Below are positions 1 to 9,651 of a stretch of 64,000 nucleotides of DNA, piece after piece (positions within the stretch are counted from its first letter, which is position 1; each line of letters begins with the position of its first letter). The stretch is taken from the NCBI GenBank assembly GCA_965660945.1, contig CBFIBS010000012.1:23461-87460 (forward strand), written 5' to 3'. The translations under genes were made by a program, and so were the position numbers. This stretch comes from Alphaproteobacteria bacterium. GTDB taxonomy: Bacteria > Pseudomonadota > Alphaproteobacteria > UBA7985. Below the pieces are notes generated by a model. The model did not search any database. It had not been told where the DNA came from and saw only the letters and a list, made by a program, of their open reading frames with translations.

Positions 1-1
1 C

Positions 2-211
2 GCCAATATGATCTTCGGCTTTCCCAAGATCATCAACTACATCTCCACCTTTACCACCCTGCACCCCGGCGACATGATCGTCACCGGCACCCCGACCGGG
101 GCCGGTGCGCGCTTTGACCCGCCGATCTGGCTGCGGCCGGGTGACGTGGTCGAGGTCGATGTGCCGACCATCGGCATCCTGCGCAACGGCATCAAGGATG
201 AAACCCCATGA
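2..211 (+). CDS. Fumarylacetoacetate hydrolase (FAH) family protein, C-terminal fragment (HpaG-like); 5' end lies outside the window
   Basis: The ORF is open to the window edge. The C-terminal FAH-fold sequence ...LHPGDMIVTGTPTGAG...PGDVVEVDVPTIGIL is present. It ends 4 nt before hpaH. Confidence 0.6.
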   Translation, partial: ANMIFGFPKIINYISTFTTLHPGDMIVTGTPTGAGARFDPPIWLRPGDVVEVDVPTIGILRNGIKDETP

Positions 212-1014
212 GCCTGACCGACGCCCAGCGCGACACTTTCGCCAAGGCCCTGTTCGACGCCGACCGCAGCCAAAGCCAGATCCCACTGATCAGTCAGCAG
301 CACCCGGGGCTGGATATGGAAGACGCTTACGCCATTCAGGCGGCACTGGTGCGCGGCTTCGTTGACGCCGGGCGTGTGATCCGTGGCTGGAAGATCGGCC
401 TGACGTCGAAGGCGATGCAATACGCGCTCGATATAGACATCCCGGACAGTGGCGTGCTGTTCGAAGACATGTTCTTCGACAATGGCGGCGAGGTGCCGGC
501 CGCGCGCTTCATCGCCACCCGGATCGAGGCCGAAATCTGCTTCATCATGAAAGACGACTTGCAAGGCCCGGGGGTTACGGCCGCCGATGTCATCGCGGCG
601 ACCGAAAGTGTTTGCCCGTCGCTGGAGATCCTCGACACCCGCATCATCCCCAAAGACCCCGACACCGGCGCCATCCGCAAGGTCACCGACACCATCAGCG
701 ATAACGCGGCCAACGCAGGGATCGTGCTCGGTGACGAGCGCCACGCCATCGACGCCTTTGATCTGCGCTGGGTCGGTGCCATCGTCAGCCGCGACGGCGA
801 GGTCGAGGAAACCGGTCTGGGCGCGGGCGTGCTCAACGACCCGGTGGAGGGCATCGTCTGGCTGGCCAACCGGCTGGCGCAGTACGGCGACAAGATCAGC
901 GCCGGCGACGTGGTACTCAGCGGGTCGTTCATCCGGCCGGTGCAGGCCCCCAGAGGATCGCTGATCGAGGCCGATTTCGGCGCCTTCGGACAGGTTTCCT
1001 GCCGCTTCGTCTGA
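208..1014 (+). CDS. hpaH: 2-oxo-hept-4-ene-1,7-dioate hydratase (HpaH / MhpD family hydratase)
   Basis: The 268-aa product aligns by eye along its length with E. coli HpaH, sharing KIGLTSKAMQ, DTISDNAANAG and a C-terminal SCRFV. Its start overlaps the stop of the upstream FAH gene. Confidence 0.8.
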   Translation: MSLTDAQRDTFAKALFDADRSQSQIPLISQQHPGLDMEDAYAIQAALVRGFVDAGRVIRGWKIGLTSKAMQYALDIDIPDSGVLFEDMFFDNGGEVPAARFIATRIEAEICFIMKDDLQGPGVTAADVIAATESVCPSLEILDTRIIPKDPDTGAIRKVTDTISDNAANAGIVLGDERHAIDAFDLRWVGAIVSRDGEVEETGLGAGVLNDPVEGIVWLANRLAQYGDKISAGDVVLSGSFIRPVQAPRGSLIEADFGAFGQVSCRFV

Positions 1015-1082
1015 GCGACTTTTCCCCGGTTTTGTCAAAGAAAACAGTTGCTTCAGGCGAAGTGTGCGATAATAGTTAACAT

Positions 1083-1580
1083 ATGAATGATTTCGACGTG
1101 AACGGTATCGGCGTCCCGGAGCGCCCGGGCTTTGAAGCCAGCCTGCCGATGATGCTCTATCGCGTGCTTGACGCGATCATGCCCGCCTACCGCGCACTGT
1201 TCGCGGAGTACGGGCTGACCGAGCAGCAGTGGCGGGTGCTGCGCACGCTTTGGGACAACGAAAGCCTTTCGAGCACGGACGTGGCCGCGCGCACCCTGAT
1301 CCCGGCGGCGAGCCTCGTCGGCGTGCTGGACCGGCTCGAACGCAAGGGCCTGATCGCCCGGATCCGCTCGGTTGAAGACCGCCGCGTGGTCATCGCCAAA
1401 CTGACCGTCGAAGGGCGCGCGCTGGAGCGCCAGATCGCCCCGCGTCTTGATCATATTCAGGCCTCGGTGCGGGCCTGCGTCAGCCCGGAGCAGTGGCAGG
1501 CGCTCACGCAGATACTGAAGGAATTCGAAGCCGGGCCCCGGTCCGCCGCTTCACAGGAGGAGGACCGACAGCATGCTTAA
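1083..1580 (+). CDS. hpaR: MarR-family transcriptional regulator (HpaR-like)
   Basis: The 165-aa product has a MarR winged-helix region (LTEQQWRVLRTLWDNESLSSTDVAARTLIPAASLVGVLDRLERKGLIAR). It sits between hpaH and hpaB, and an AT-rich leader with a GTTAAC palindrome lies immediately upstream. Confidence 0.65.
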   Translation: MNDFDVNGIGVPERPGFEASLPMMLYRVLDAIMPAYRALFAEYGLTEQQWRVLRTLWDNESLSSTDVAARTLIPAASLVGVLDRLERKGLIARIRSVEDRRVVIAKLTVEGRALERQIAPRLDHIQASVRACVSPEQWQALTQILKEFEAGPRSAASQEEDRQHA

Positions 1581-3060
1581 GACCAACCCGACAGGCGCCG
1601 GCAAGGGCGTCCGCACGGCCGCCGAATACCTCGCCGGGCTGCAGGATGACCGCGAGGTCTGGACGGGCGGTGAGCGCGTCAAAGACGTGACCACCCACCC
1701 GGCGACGCGGCGGGGGGCGGCGACGCTGGCGAGCTTCCTCGAACGCCAGTCCGACCCGGCGCTTCTCGATACCCTGACGTACGAGGACGAGGACGGCGAC
1801 CGCTGCGCCATGGCGTTCATGCTGCCCAAATCCAAGGAAGACGTGAAGCGGCGCGGCAAGGCCTACTACGAGTGGGCAACCTGGTCGCACGGCATGTTCG
1901 GCCGGACCCCCGACTACAAGAACGCCTCGCTGATGGCCTTCGCCGGTGCTGCGCAGTGGCTCGATCTCGGCACCGAGCGCGGGATGGGGAACCCCGATTT
2001 CACCCAGAACATGCGCAATTACTACGACTACGCCCGCAAGAACGATCTGGTGCTGACCCACACGCTGCTCAACCCGCACAAGTCCCACGCCGTCGCCGGG
2101 CAGGGGCGCTTTGACGACGAGGTCGCGCTGCACGTCGTGCGCGAGACCGACGCTGGGATCATCGTCCGGGGTGCGCGCCTGCTCGCCACGCTCGGGCCGA
2201 CGGCGGACGAAATCGAGGTCTTCCCCTCGACCGTGCTCAAGGGCTCGGATGAGAACATTCCCTTTGCCTTTGCCTTCGCCATTCCGATTGCCACCCCGGG
2301 GCTGAAGCTGCTGGCGCGCGATACCTACGATCTGGGCAAGAGCCACTTCGATGCGCCGCTGTCCTCGCGGTTCGAGGAAATGGACGCCGTCGTTATCTTC
2401 GACGACGTGCTGGTGCCGTGGGAGCGGCTGTTCATGTACCGCGAGCCGGGCCTGTGCAATCAGGCCTTCGCCAAGACCAACGCGGTCGTGCACATGATGC
2501 ACCAGGTCGCCTGCGGTAAGCTGGCCAAGGCCGAGTTCATGGTCGGCCTGATGTCGGCGATCGCGCAGTCTTCCGCGCGCGACAAGGACCTGCACGTCAA
2601 GGGCATGATCGCCGAAGTGATGATGATGTGCGAGACCGTGCGGGCGCTGCTGTTCTCCGCCGAGGAGCAGGCGCACGAGGACGAGTGGGGCAACTGGATC
2701 CCGCTGCGCGGTCCGCTGGACACCTCACGCAACCTGTTCCCGAAGATGTACCCGCGCATGGTCGAGATCCTGCAGCTGCTGGGGTCGAGCTCGCTGATGG
2801 CGACACCGGCAGAGGCTGATTTCTCCAACGAAATCTCCGAGGACGTGGCCCGCTACTTCCAGCTCGCCAACCTTGAATCGCGCGATCGTGTCGCGCTGTT
2901 CCGGCTGGCACACGATGTTTGTGTCAGTGGTTTCGGCAGCCGTCAGGCGCTTTACGAGCGGTTCTTCTTCGGCCCGCCCGCGCTCATGCATTCGCTGTAC
3001 TACGACCTCTATGACAAGGAGCCGCTGATCGGCCGAGTCAACGATTTGATCAAGGCCTGA
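1573..3060 (+). CDS. hpaB: 4-hydroxyphenylacetate 3-monooxygenase, oxygenase component
   Basis: The 495-aa product shares GERVKDVTTHPA, MFGRTPDYKNA, ETDAGIIVRGA and PLSSRFEEMDA...VPWE with E. coli HpaB. The 8-nt overlap with the regulator suggests an operon. Confidence 0.85.
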   Translation: MLKTNPTGAGKGVRTAAEYLAGLQDDREVWTGGERVKDVTTHPATRRGAATLASFLERQSDPALLDTLTYEDEDGDRCAMAFMLPKSKEDVKRRGKAYYEWATWSHGMFGRTPDYKNASLMAFAGAAQWLDLGTERGMGNPDFTQNMRNYYDYARKNDLVLTHTLLNPHKSHAVAGQGRFDDEVALHVVRETDAGIIVRGARLLATLGPTADEIEVFPSTVLKGSDENIPFAFAFAIPIATPGLKLLARDTYDLGKSHFDAPLSSRFEEMDAVVIFDDVLVPWERLFMYREPGLCNQAFAKTNAVVHMMHQVACGKLAKAEFMVGLMSAIAQSSARDKDLHVKGMIAEVMMMCETVRALLFSAEEQAHEDEWGNWIPLRGPLDTSRNLFPKMYPRMVEILQLLGSSSLMATPAEADFSNEISEDVARYFQLANLESRDRVALFRLAHDVCVSGFGSRQALYERFFFGPPALMHSLYYDLYDKEPLIGRVNDLIKA

Positions 3061-3137
3061 TACGGCGCCGATCAAGGCTTGATGAAGGCTCCGGTCTTAC
3101 CCTAGTCTGAGGCGCAGTCAGTAACGGGAAGACGCAC

Positions 3138-4364
3138 TTGAGCCTCGATCAGAATTTCCGGCCACCACGGCAGCAGCGCTACGACGTGGTTATCGTTGGC
3201 GGTGCCATGTACGGTTCGTCGATCGCCTGGTGGACGGCGAGCAACCCCGACTTTGACGGCTCGATTCTGGTGGTCGAGCGCGACCCCAGCTACGCCTTCG
3301 CCTCGACCAGCCACACCAATTCCTGCATCCGCCAGCAGTTCAGCAACGAGATCAACGTGCGCATCTCGCAGTTCGGCGCGCACTTCGTCCGCAACTTCCG
3401 CGACTTCATGGGCGGGGACGAGCGGGTGCCGGATATCGTGCTGCAGAGCTTCGGTTATCTCTATCTGGCCGACAATCAGGCCTTTGCCGACCTGCTGAGC
3501 CAGAACCAGCAGATCCAGTCGGACCTCGGTGCGGGCACGCGCATGCTCAGCCGCGAGCAGATCGCGGCGCAATTCCCGTTCTACCAGCTCGACGATATCA
3601 TCGCCGGCAGCCACAACCCGGTCGACGAGGGCTATTTCGACGGTGCGACCATCTTTGACTGGTGGCGGCGGTCGGCGCGCGAGCGCGGGGTCGAATACTG
3701 CACCAATGAAGTCGCCGGTATGGACCTCAACCCGGCCGGGTCCGCCGTGGACGCCGTGCGGCTGGCGACCGGAGAGACCATCGCCTGCGGGCAGGTGGTC
3801 AACGCCAGCGGCCCGCGGGCGGTGGAAACCGCGCGCATGATCGGTGCGGAGCTGCCCGTGGAGCCGCGTAAGCGCTACACGTTCATCTTTGATGCCGCCG
3901 AGCCGCTGGATCAGGACCTGCCGCTGACCATCGACCCCAGCGGGGTGCACATGCGCACCGACGGGCGCTACTACCTCGCCGGCAGTCCACCCGAAGAAGG
4001 CGACGATCCGGCGGTGGCCTACGACGACTTCGCGGCTGATCACGGGCTGTGGGAGAACAAGGTCTGGCCGGTGCTGGCCAGCCGCGTGCCTCAGTTCGAG
4101 CGTATCAAGCTGATCAACTCGTGGGTCGGGCACTATGCCTTCAATACCCTCGACCAGAACGCCATCATCGGACCCCACAGCAGGGTCAGCAACTTCCTGT
4201 TTTCCAATGGTTTTTCCGGGCACGGCTTCCAGCAGTCACCGGCGCTCGGGCGCGGTCTGTCGGAGTGGCTGATCTACGGTGAATACCGCAACCTCGATCT
4301 CAGCCCCTTCGGTTTCGACCGGATCGAAGCCGGGCGCCCCTTCCTCGAAAAGGCAGTAATCTGA
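3138..4364 (+). CDS. FAD-dependent oxidoreductase (DAO / amino-acid-oxidase-like family)
   Basis: An N-terminal Rossmann dinucleotide motif VVIVGGAMYGSSIAW is present and the length is 408 aa. The start codon is probably TTG. Confidence 0.65.
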   Translation: MSLDQNFRPPRQQRYDVVIVGGAMYGSSIAWWTASNPDFDGSILVVERDPSYAFASTSHTNSCIRQQFSNEINVRISQFGAHFVRNFRDFMGGDERVPDIVLQSFGYLYLADNQAFADLLSQNQQIQSDLGAGTRMLSREQIAAQFPFYQLDDIIAGSHNPVDEGYFDGATIFDWWRRSARERGVEYCTNEVAGMDLNPAGSAVDAVRLATGETIACGQVVNASGPRAVETARMIGAELPVEPRKRYTFIFDAAEPLDQDLPLTIDPSGVHMRTDGRYYLAGSPPEEGDDPAVAYDDFAADHGLWENKVWPVLASRVPQFERIKLINSWVGHYAFNTLDQNAIIGPHSRVSNFLFSNGFSGHGFQQSPALGRGLSEWLIYGEYRNLDLSPFGFDRIEAGRPFLEKAVI

Positions 4365-5077
4365 TGACCTCACCCTCAGAAAAGCCCGTCGCAATGATTA
4401 TCGGCGGGGGCAGCGGTATCGGTGCTGATGCCGCCAGAAAGATGAACGAGCTGGGTTACGAGGTCGCCATCCTGTCTTCCAGCGGCAAGGGCGAGGCGCT
4501 GGCGCAGTCGCTGGGCGGTTTCGGCTTCACCGGCTCCAATCTTGAACCGGCCGATCTGAGCGCCTTTGTCGAGGGCGCGATGGCCCGGTTTGGCCGCATC
4601 GATGCGCTGATCAACTGCGCGGGTCACGGCCCTAAGGGACCGGTGCTGGAGATCAGCGACGAGGACTGGCATCTGGGGCTGGACTACTATCTGCTCAACG
4701 TCATCCGCGCGACCCGTCTGGTGGCGCCGATCATGGTGGCACAGGGCAGCGGCGCCATCGTCAATGTCTCCACCTTTGCCGTGTTCGAGCCTGACCCCGA
4801 CTTTCCGACATCGGCCGTTTTCCGCGCCGGTCTGGCGGGCTTCACCAAGCTGTTTGCGGACAAGCACGCGGGCGACGGGGTGCGGATGAACAACGTCCTG
4901 CCGGGCTTCATCGACAGCCTGCCGGAGAAGCCCGATCGCGTGGCCCGTATTCCCGCCGGACGCTACGCCCGGGTGCGCGAGCTGTCGGAGAGCATCGCCT
5001 TTCTCGCCACCGATGCGTCGAGCTATATCACCGGGCAGAACCTGCGGGTCGACGGCGGGCTGACCCAGTCGGTCTAG
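4364..5077 (+). CDS. SDR-family oxidoreductase
   Basis: The N-terminus MIIGGGSGIG is a short-chain dehydrogenase glycine motif. The 237-aa length fits, and the start overlaps the stop of the upstream gene (ATGA). Confidence 0.8.
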   Translation: MTSPSEKPVAMIIGGGSGIGADAARKMNELGYEVAILSSSGKGEALAQSLGGFGFTGSNLEPADLSAFVEGAMARFGRIDALINCAGHGPKGPVLEISDEDWHLGLDYYLLNVIRATRLVAPIMVAQGSGAIVNVSTFAVFEPDPDFPTSAVFRAGLAGFTKLFADKHAGDGVRMNNVLPGFIDSLPEKPDRVARIPAGRYARVRELSESIAFLATDASSYITGQNLRVDGGLTQSV

Positions 5078-5094
5078 CCGACCAGCCGCGCTGT

Positions 5095-5568
5095 TCAGCC
5101 TTCGCCTTGCCCGTCTTCCGTCTGCGGCTCTTCTTCTGGCGCGAGGCCGAGGCGCGGCAGTTCCACCTTGGGACAGCGATCCATGATCACCCGCAGCCCG
5201 GCCGCTTCGGCCCGGGCGGCGGCGGTTTCGTTGATCACGCCTTCCTGCATCCAGATGGCGTGCAGACCTAGCCGCTCTCGCTGGGCCAGGGCCTCGTCGA
5301 CGACCCCGCCGGCCGCTTCGGCGTTGCGGAAGATGTCGACCATCTCCACCGGCCCCGGAACCTCGCCGAGGGCGGCATAGACCGGTTGCCCGAGGATGGT
5401 CTGACCGGCCAGGCCCGGGTTAACGGGGTGGACCTGATAGTCCTGCTTGAGCAGGTAGGCCATGACCTTGAACGAGTCCCGTTCGGGGTTGGCGCTGGCG
5501 CCCACCAAAGCGATGTGCGGGGCGCTTTGGAGCACGTCGCGGATCAGGCTGTCGTCGTAGTCGGGCAT
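5095..5568 (-). CDS. CoA-binding domain protein (YccU-like)
   Basis: The sequence ALVGASANPERDSFKVMAYLLKQDYQVHPVNP is typical of CoA_binding_2 proteins. I chose the internal ATG (MPDYDD) as the start. Confidence 0.7.
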   Translation of the reverse strand: MPDYDDSLIRDVLQSAPHIALVGASANPERDSFKVMAYLLKQDYQVHPVNPGLAGQTILGQPVYAALGEVPGPVEMVDIFRNAEAAGGVVDEALAQRERLGLHAIWMQEGVINETAAARAEAAGLRVIMDRCPKVELPRLGLAPEEEPQTEDGQGEG

Positions 5569-5745
5569 GGGGTGGTCTCCTTCTGCAGGTGGTGCAGCGG
5601 TAAACTGTGAAGGCCGACGTCGCAATCCCCTGCGTTTTCGGCGGGTTTCGAACTAGACAAGTCCTGACCGACAAAGGATGCTGACCGACTTGGAAACAGT
5701 CCGCACCAGCGCCTGCGCGCGCTGACCGGACAGGAGGAGGATACC

Positions 5746-6756
5746 ATGAAAAAGCTTATTCTGGCGGCGGCAGGTCTGCTGCTGACGACTACGGCGGCGG
5801 CGGCTCAGGAAGTCACCCTTCGCCTGCACCATTTCATGGGGGAGAAGGCGCCCCTGCACGGCAAGATGATGGTTCCGCTCGCGGCAGCCATCGAAGAGGC
5901 CTCTGAAGGCCGGATGAAGGTCGAGGTTTTCTCGGGAATGTCTCTGGGCGGTCGCCCCGGTGATCTCTACGACCAGGCCGCTGACGGCGCGGTCGATATC
6001 GTTGTTACCCTGCCGGGCTACACAGCCGGTCGCTTTAACCGCTCTGAGGTCTTTGAACTGCCGTTCATGATGAAGGATCCGGTTGCGACTGCTGAAGCCT
6101 ACTACGATCTGATCGCGCAAGAGCTACAGGACGGCGAGTTCGAGGAAACGAAGATTCTGACCTCGTGGGTCCACGGCCCGGGCGTGCTTCACTCCAAGGA
6201 GCCGATCAGCAGCCTCGAAGACATGGTGGGGCAGGAAATGCGCGGCCCGACCCGCGTTGTCACCGACCTGCTGGGCGAGCTGGGTGCAACGCCTGTGGGT
6301 ATGCCGCTGCCGCTGATCCCGGAAAACCTGTCCAAAGGCGTGATTTCCGGCACCGTGCTGCCGTGGGAAGTGACCCCGTCGATCCGTCTGGCCGAGCTGG
6401 TTTCCAACCACACCGAGCTGTCGGGTGACACCTCGCTGTACACGGCCGTGTTCATCATGGCGATGAACTGGGATTCCTACGAAGGCCTGCCCGATGATCT
6501 GCGCCAGATTCTCGATGACCACACCGGCAAGGGGCTGGCTGCCTCGACCGCTCAGGTCATGCTCGACGCCGATGCCGGTGGCCGTAACGTCGCCTCGGGC
6601 AACACCTTCATCACCCTCGATGGTGCTGAAATCGAGCGCTGGAAGGCTGCAGCCCAGCCTGTGGTTGACCGCTGGGTCACCCGCGCCGGCGAAATGGGCT
6701 TCGATGGTGAAGCCGCCATTGCTCAAGCACGCGCGCTGATCGACGCAAACCTGTAA
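5746..6756 (+). CDS. dctP: TRAP transporter substrate-binding protein (DctP family)
   Basis: A signal peptide (MKKLILAAAGLLLTTTAAAAQ), a 336-aa length and a good AGGAGG RBS support the call. It is followed by dctQ and dctM. Confidence 0.85.
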   Translation: MKKLILAAAGLLLTTTAAAAQEVTLRLHHFMGEKAPLHGKMMVPLAAAIEEASEGRMKVEVFSGMSLGGRPGDLYDQAADGAVDIVVTLPGYTAGRFNRSEVFELPFMMKDPVATAEAYYDLIAQELQDGEFEETKILTSWVHGPGVLHSKEPISSLEDMVGQEMRGPTRVVTDLLGELGATPVGMPLPLIPENLSKGVISGTVLPWEVTPSIRLAELVSNHTELSGDTSLYTAVFIMAMNWDSYEGLPDDLRQILDDHTGKGLAASTAQVMLDADAGGRNVASGNTFITLDGAEIERWKAAAQPVVDRWVTRAGEMGFDGEAAIAQARALIDANL

Positions 6757-6851
6757 TCCCACGCTGACCGTGGCAATGACGCTGGCGCACGCTAAAGTGT
6801 GCCAGCGTTTTTGTTGGGTTTATCGGCGGGTGAAAGGCGCAGGATTGACAG

Positions 6852-7508
6852 GTGTTTGCCGTACTTGATCGCTGGATGGAGCGGGGTGCTGCCGGCATTG
6901 CGCTGGTGGGCGGGTTGGGCCTGATCCTCGCCATTTCGGTAACCTGCCTGAGTGTGGTGCTGAAGCTGGTCCGGCGCAGCCTCGATGCTGTGCTTGGGCG
7001 GTACTTCGAGACCGTGCCGTGGGGTGGCATTCGCCCGGTGCTGGGGGAGGAAGAACTGGTTTCCTTCGCCGTCGGCTTCGCGCTGTTCGCCGCCTTGCCC
7101 TGGGTCATGCTGAAAAGGGGCCACATCCGCATCGACCTGCTCGAGCCTTGGTTCGGCGCCCGGTTGAACCGCTGGCTAGACCTGATCGGCGACCTCGCGC
7201 TGACGGTGATCGCCTATCTGATCATGACCCAGCAGTGGTATCTGATCTTCAAGAAGGCGCGGCGCTCTCAGGATCCGTTGCTCGATCTGGTCTTTGCCGG
7301 GGACTGGGCCACTGCGCTGGGGCGGGTGCGGGTGCGGGACGAGAGCCAGATCCTCGGCCTCAAGCTCTGGCCCCTGCACATCGTCGCTGAGGTGTGTGTG
7401 ATCCTGTTCTTCATCACGGCGGTCTATTGCTGCCTGCGCAGCGCGCGGTCGCTGCTGCGGCCGTCTGGCGATGCCGGAAACGGAATGGGGGAGGGCGGTC
7501 ATGCCTGA
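6852..7508 (+). CDS. dctQ: TRAP transporter small permease (DctQ family)
   Basis: The 218-aa product is hydrophobic with about four TM segments and lies between dctP and dctM. Confidence 0.75.
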   Translation: MFAVLDRWMERGAAGIALVGGLGLILAISVTCLSVVLKLVRRSLDAVLGRYFETVPWGGIRPVLGEEELVSFAVGFALFAALPWVMLKRGHIRIDLLEPWFGARLNRWLDLIGDLALTVIAYLIMTQQWYLIFKKARRSQDPLLDLVFAGDWATALGRVRVRDESQILGLKLWPLHIVAEVCVILFFITAVYCCLRSARSLLRPSGDAGNGMGEGGHA

Positions 7509-8853
7509 GCTTGTCACCGGTCTGTTCAGCAACTTCCAGATTGGCCTGCTGTCGTTTCCGCTGTTGATTGCGCTGATCTTTCTGCGCATTCCGCTGGCGG
7601 CGAGTATGTTCATCGTCGGTCTGCTCGGCACGTGGCTGCTGGCGGGCGATATGCGGATGATGAACAATCAGCTCAAGACCTTCGCCTTTGGCACGCTGAC
7701 CAACTATTCTTTTTCGATTATCCCGCTGTTCCTACTGATGAGCGAATTCGCCACCCGAGCGGGCATGTCCAGGGCGCTGTTCAAGGCGGCAGAAGCGTGG
7801 CTGGGGCACCGTCGCGGCGGGGTCGCCATGGCGGCGATTGGCGCGTCGGCAGGCTTTGGCGCGGTCTGCGGTTCGTCTCTGGCGACCGCCTCCTCGATGG
7901 GTAAGGCGGCGCTGCCGGAGTTGCAGCGGGCGGGTTACTCTGGTGCGCTGGCAACGGGTACGCTGGCCGCAGGCGGGACGCTGGGGATCCTGATCCCGCC
8001 CTCGGTGGTGCTGGTGATCTACGCCATCCTCGCCGAGGAGAATATCGCCAAGCTGTTTACCGCTGCTTTTATTCCCGGTGCGCTGGCCATGCTCGGTTAC
8101 ATGATCACCATCGGCGTCTATGTCCGGCTCAATCCGGGTGCCGAACGGACCCTGCCGCGCCTGGCTTACATCGAGCGCTTCCGGGCGCTGGGATCGGTGT
8201 GGCCGGTGATGCTGATCTTTGCGCTGGTGATCGGCGGCATCTACACCGGGTTGTTTTCGCCCACGGCGGCTGCGGCGGTTGGGGCCGGGGGGACGGCGAT
8301 TCTCGCCTTTTTGAATGGCGGGCTGAGCCTGCCGTCCGTGCGCGAATCTCTGCTGGCCACGGCCAAAACCTCGGGCATGATCTTCTTCATTATCCTCTCT
8401 GCCGGGGTCTACAATTCCTTCCTGTCCTCGGCGCTGGTGCCGCAGACCCTGGCCGGGTTTTTTAGCGAGAGCGGGCTGAACCCGTGGCTGATCCTGATCG
8501 GCATGCTGCTGCTCTACATCGTGCTCGGGACGGTCATGGACTCGCTGGCGATGATCTTCCTCACCGTGCCGATCTTCATCCCTATCGTCGCCCAGCTCGA
8601 TCTGGGGCTGAGCGCGGGCGAGGTCGGTATCTGGTTCGGCATCCTGGTGCTGATGTCGGCTGAGATCGGGCTGATCACCCCGCCGGTGGGGCTCAACCTG
8701 TTCGTGATCAACGCCATGTCGCGGGACGTGAGCATCGCCGAGACTTACCGCGGGGCGCTGCCCTTTGTGGTCTCTGACATCATCCGCATTGCCATCCTCG
8801 TGGCCTTTCCGTTCATCACGCTGTTTCTGGTGCGCCTGTTCTATCCTGGATGA
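7501..8853 (+). CDS. dctM: TRAP transporter large permease (DctM family)
   Basis: The roughly 450-aa product is a polytopic membrane protein. The ATG at 7501 overlaps the dctQ stop. Confidence 0.85.
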   Translation: MPELVTGLFSNFQIGLLSFPLLIALIFLRIPLAASMFIVGLLGTWLLAGDMRMMNNQLKTFAFGTLTNYSFSIIPLFLLMSEFATRAGMSRALFKAAEAWLGHRRGGVAMAAIGASAGFGAVCGSSLATASSMGKAALPELQRAGYSGALATGTLAAGGTLGILIPPSVVLVIYAILAEENIAKLFTAAFIPGALAMLGYMITIGVYVRLNPGAERTLPRLAYIERFRALGSVWPVMLIFALVIGGIYTGLFSPTAAAAVGAGGTAILAFLNGGLSLPSVRESLLATAKTSGMIFFIILSAGVYNSFLSSALVPQTLAGFFSESGLNPWLILIGMLLLYIVLGTVMDSLAMIFLTVPIFIPIVAQLDLGLSAGEVGIWFGILVLMSAEIGLITPPVGLNLFVINAMSRDVSIAETYRGALPFVVSDIIRIAILVAFPFITLFLVRLFYPG

Positions 8854-8877
8854 TTGAGCGATCGGGGCTTAGACAGC

Positions 8878-9600
8878 CTAGAGCGCCTGTGCTGCCTGCC
8901 ACAGCAGCCGAAGGGCGACGACGCTGACGATAAGTCTGAACACCAGCCGGAACAGCCCATCGCTGATCCGGTGGCTGACGCGCTTTCCGGCCCACGCACC
9001 GGCGAAGCCGACGGCGGTCGCAACGATGATGTGCGGGATGTAGGGGCGGAAGTCGAAGCCCAGCGAGCCGTAGCCCAGCACCTTGAAAACGTCTGCGGTG
9101 AGCATGCAGAAGGCCAGCGTGCCGGTCAGGGCGCCCTTGGTCATCGGCGTGTTGATCAGCACGGCCTGCAGCAGGCCGCCCAGCCCCAGCGTCGTTGCCA
9201 CGAACGTATGGACAGCCCCCAGCGGCAGGAAGGGAATCCGCCGGTCCCGCAGCCAGATCGACGGCGGCACCCAGACCATCAGCAGCAGGATCAGCGCCAG
9301 CCCGACCCGAAGCGCGGTCTCGGGCAGGGAGAAAAACACCAGCGCCCCGGCCAGTACGCCCAGCGTGGCGCCGAGGCTGAACATCAGGCAGATGCGCCAG
9401 TTGATCTCCGCACGGAACAGCGCGACACGGGCAACCAGTGATCCGGCCGATGCCGGCCCCATGAGCGGGATGGCGACCGAAGGCGGGAACACCAGCGTCA
9501 GCGTGGCGAGCACGATGAACACACCGCCGGTCGCGAAGGCTGCGTTGATGAAGGCCGCGATGAAGCAGCCGAAGCCAACAATGAGGATTGATGCATCCAT
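8878..9600 (-). CDS. Sulfite exporter TauE/SafE family membrane protein
   Basis: The roughly 240-aa hydrophobic protein has the repeated 4-TM architecture and glycine-rich motifs of TauE/SafE. Confidence 0.7.
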   Translation of the reverse strand: MDASILIVGFGCFIAAFINAAFATGGVFIVLATLTLVFPPSVAIPLMGPASAGSLVARVALFRAEINWRICLMFSLGATLGVLAGALVFFSLPETALRVGLALILLLMVWVPPSIWLRDRRIPFLPLGAVHTFVATTLGLGGLLQAVLINTPMTKGALTGTLAFCMLTADVFKVLGYGSLGFDFRPYIPHIIVATAVGFAGAWAGKRVSHRISDGLFRLVFRLIVSVVALRLLWQAAQAL

Positions 9601-9651
9601 GTGGGTTGTTCCGTCGCTGTAGCGGGTCACTCAGGTCATCGATGGTGTCGT

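Noticed and set aside
37-1038. 333-aa antisense ORF overlapping hpaH (similar long antisense ORFs lie at 1504-2676, 3102-4223, 20361-21773, 21941-23365, 24420-25679, 28601-29566, 30910-32382 and 33985-35255)
   Set aside because: These are shadow ORFs typical of high-GC DNA. Each lies opposite a gene with clear homology and motifs, and their products are Arg, Ala, Gly and Pro-rich low-complexity sequence.
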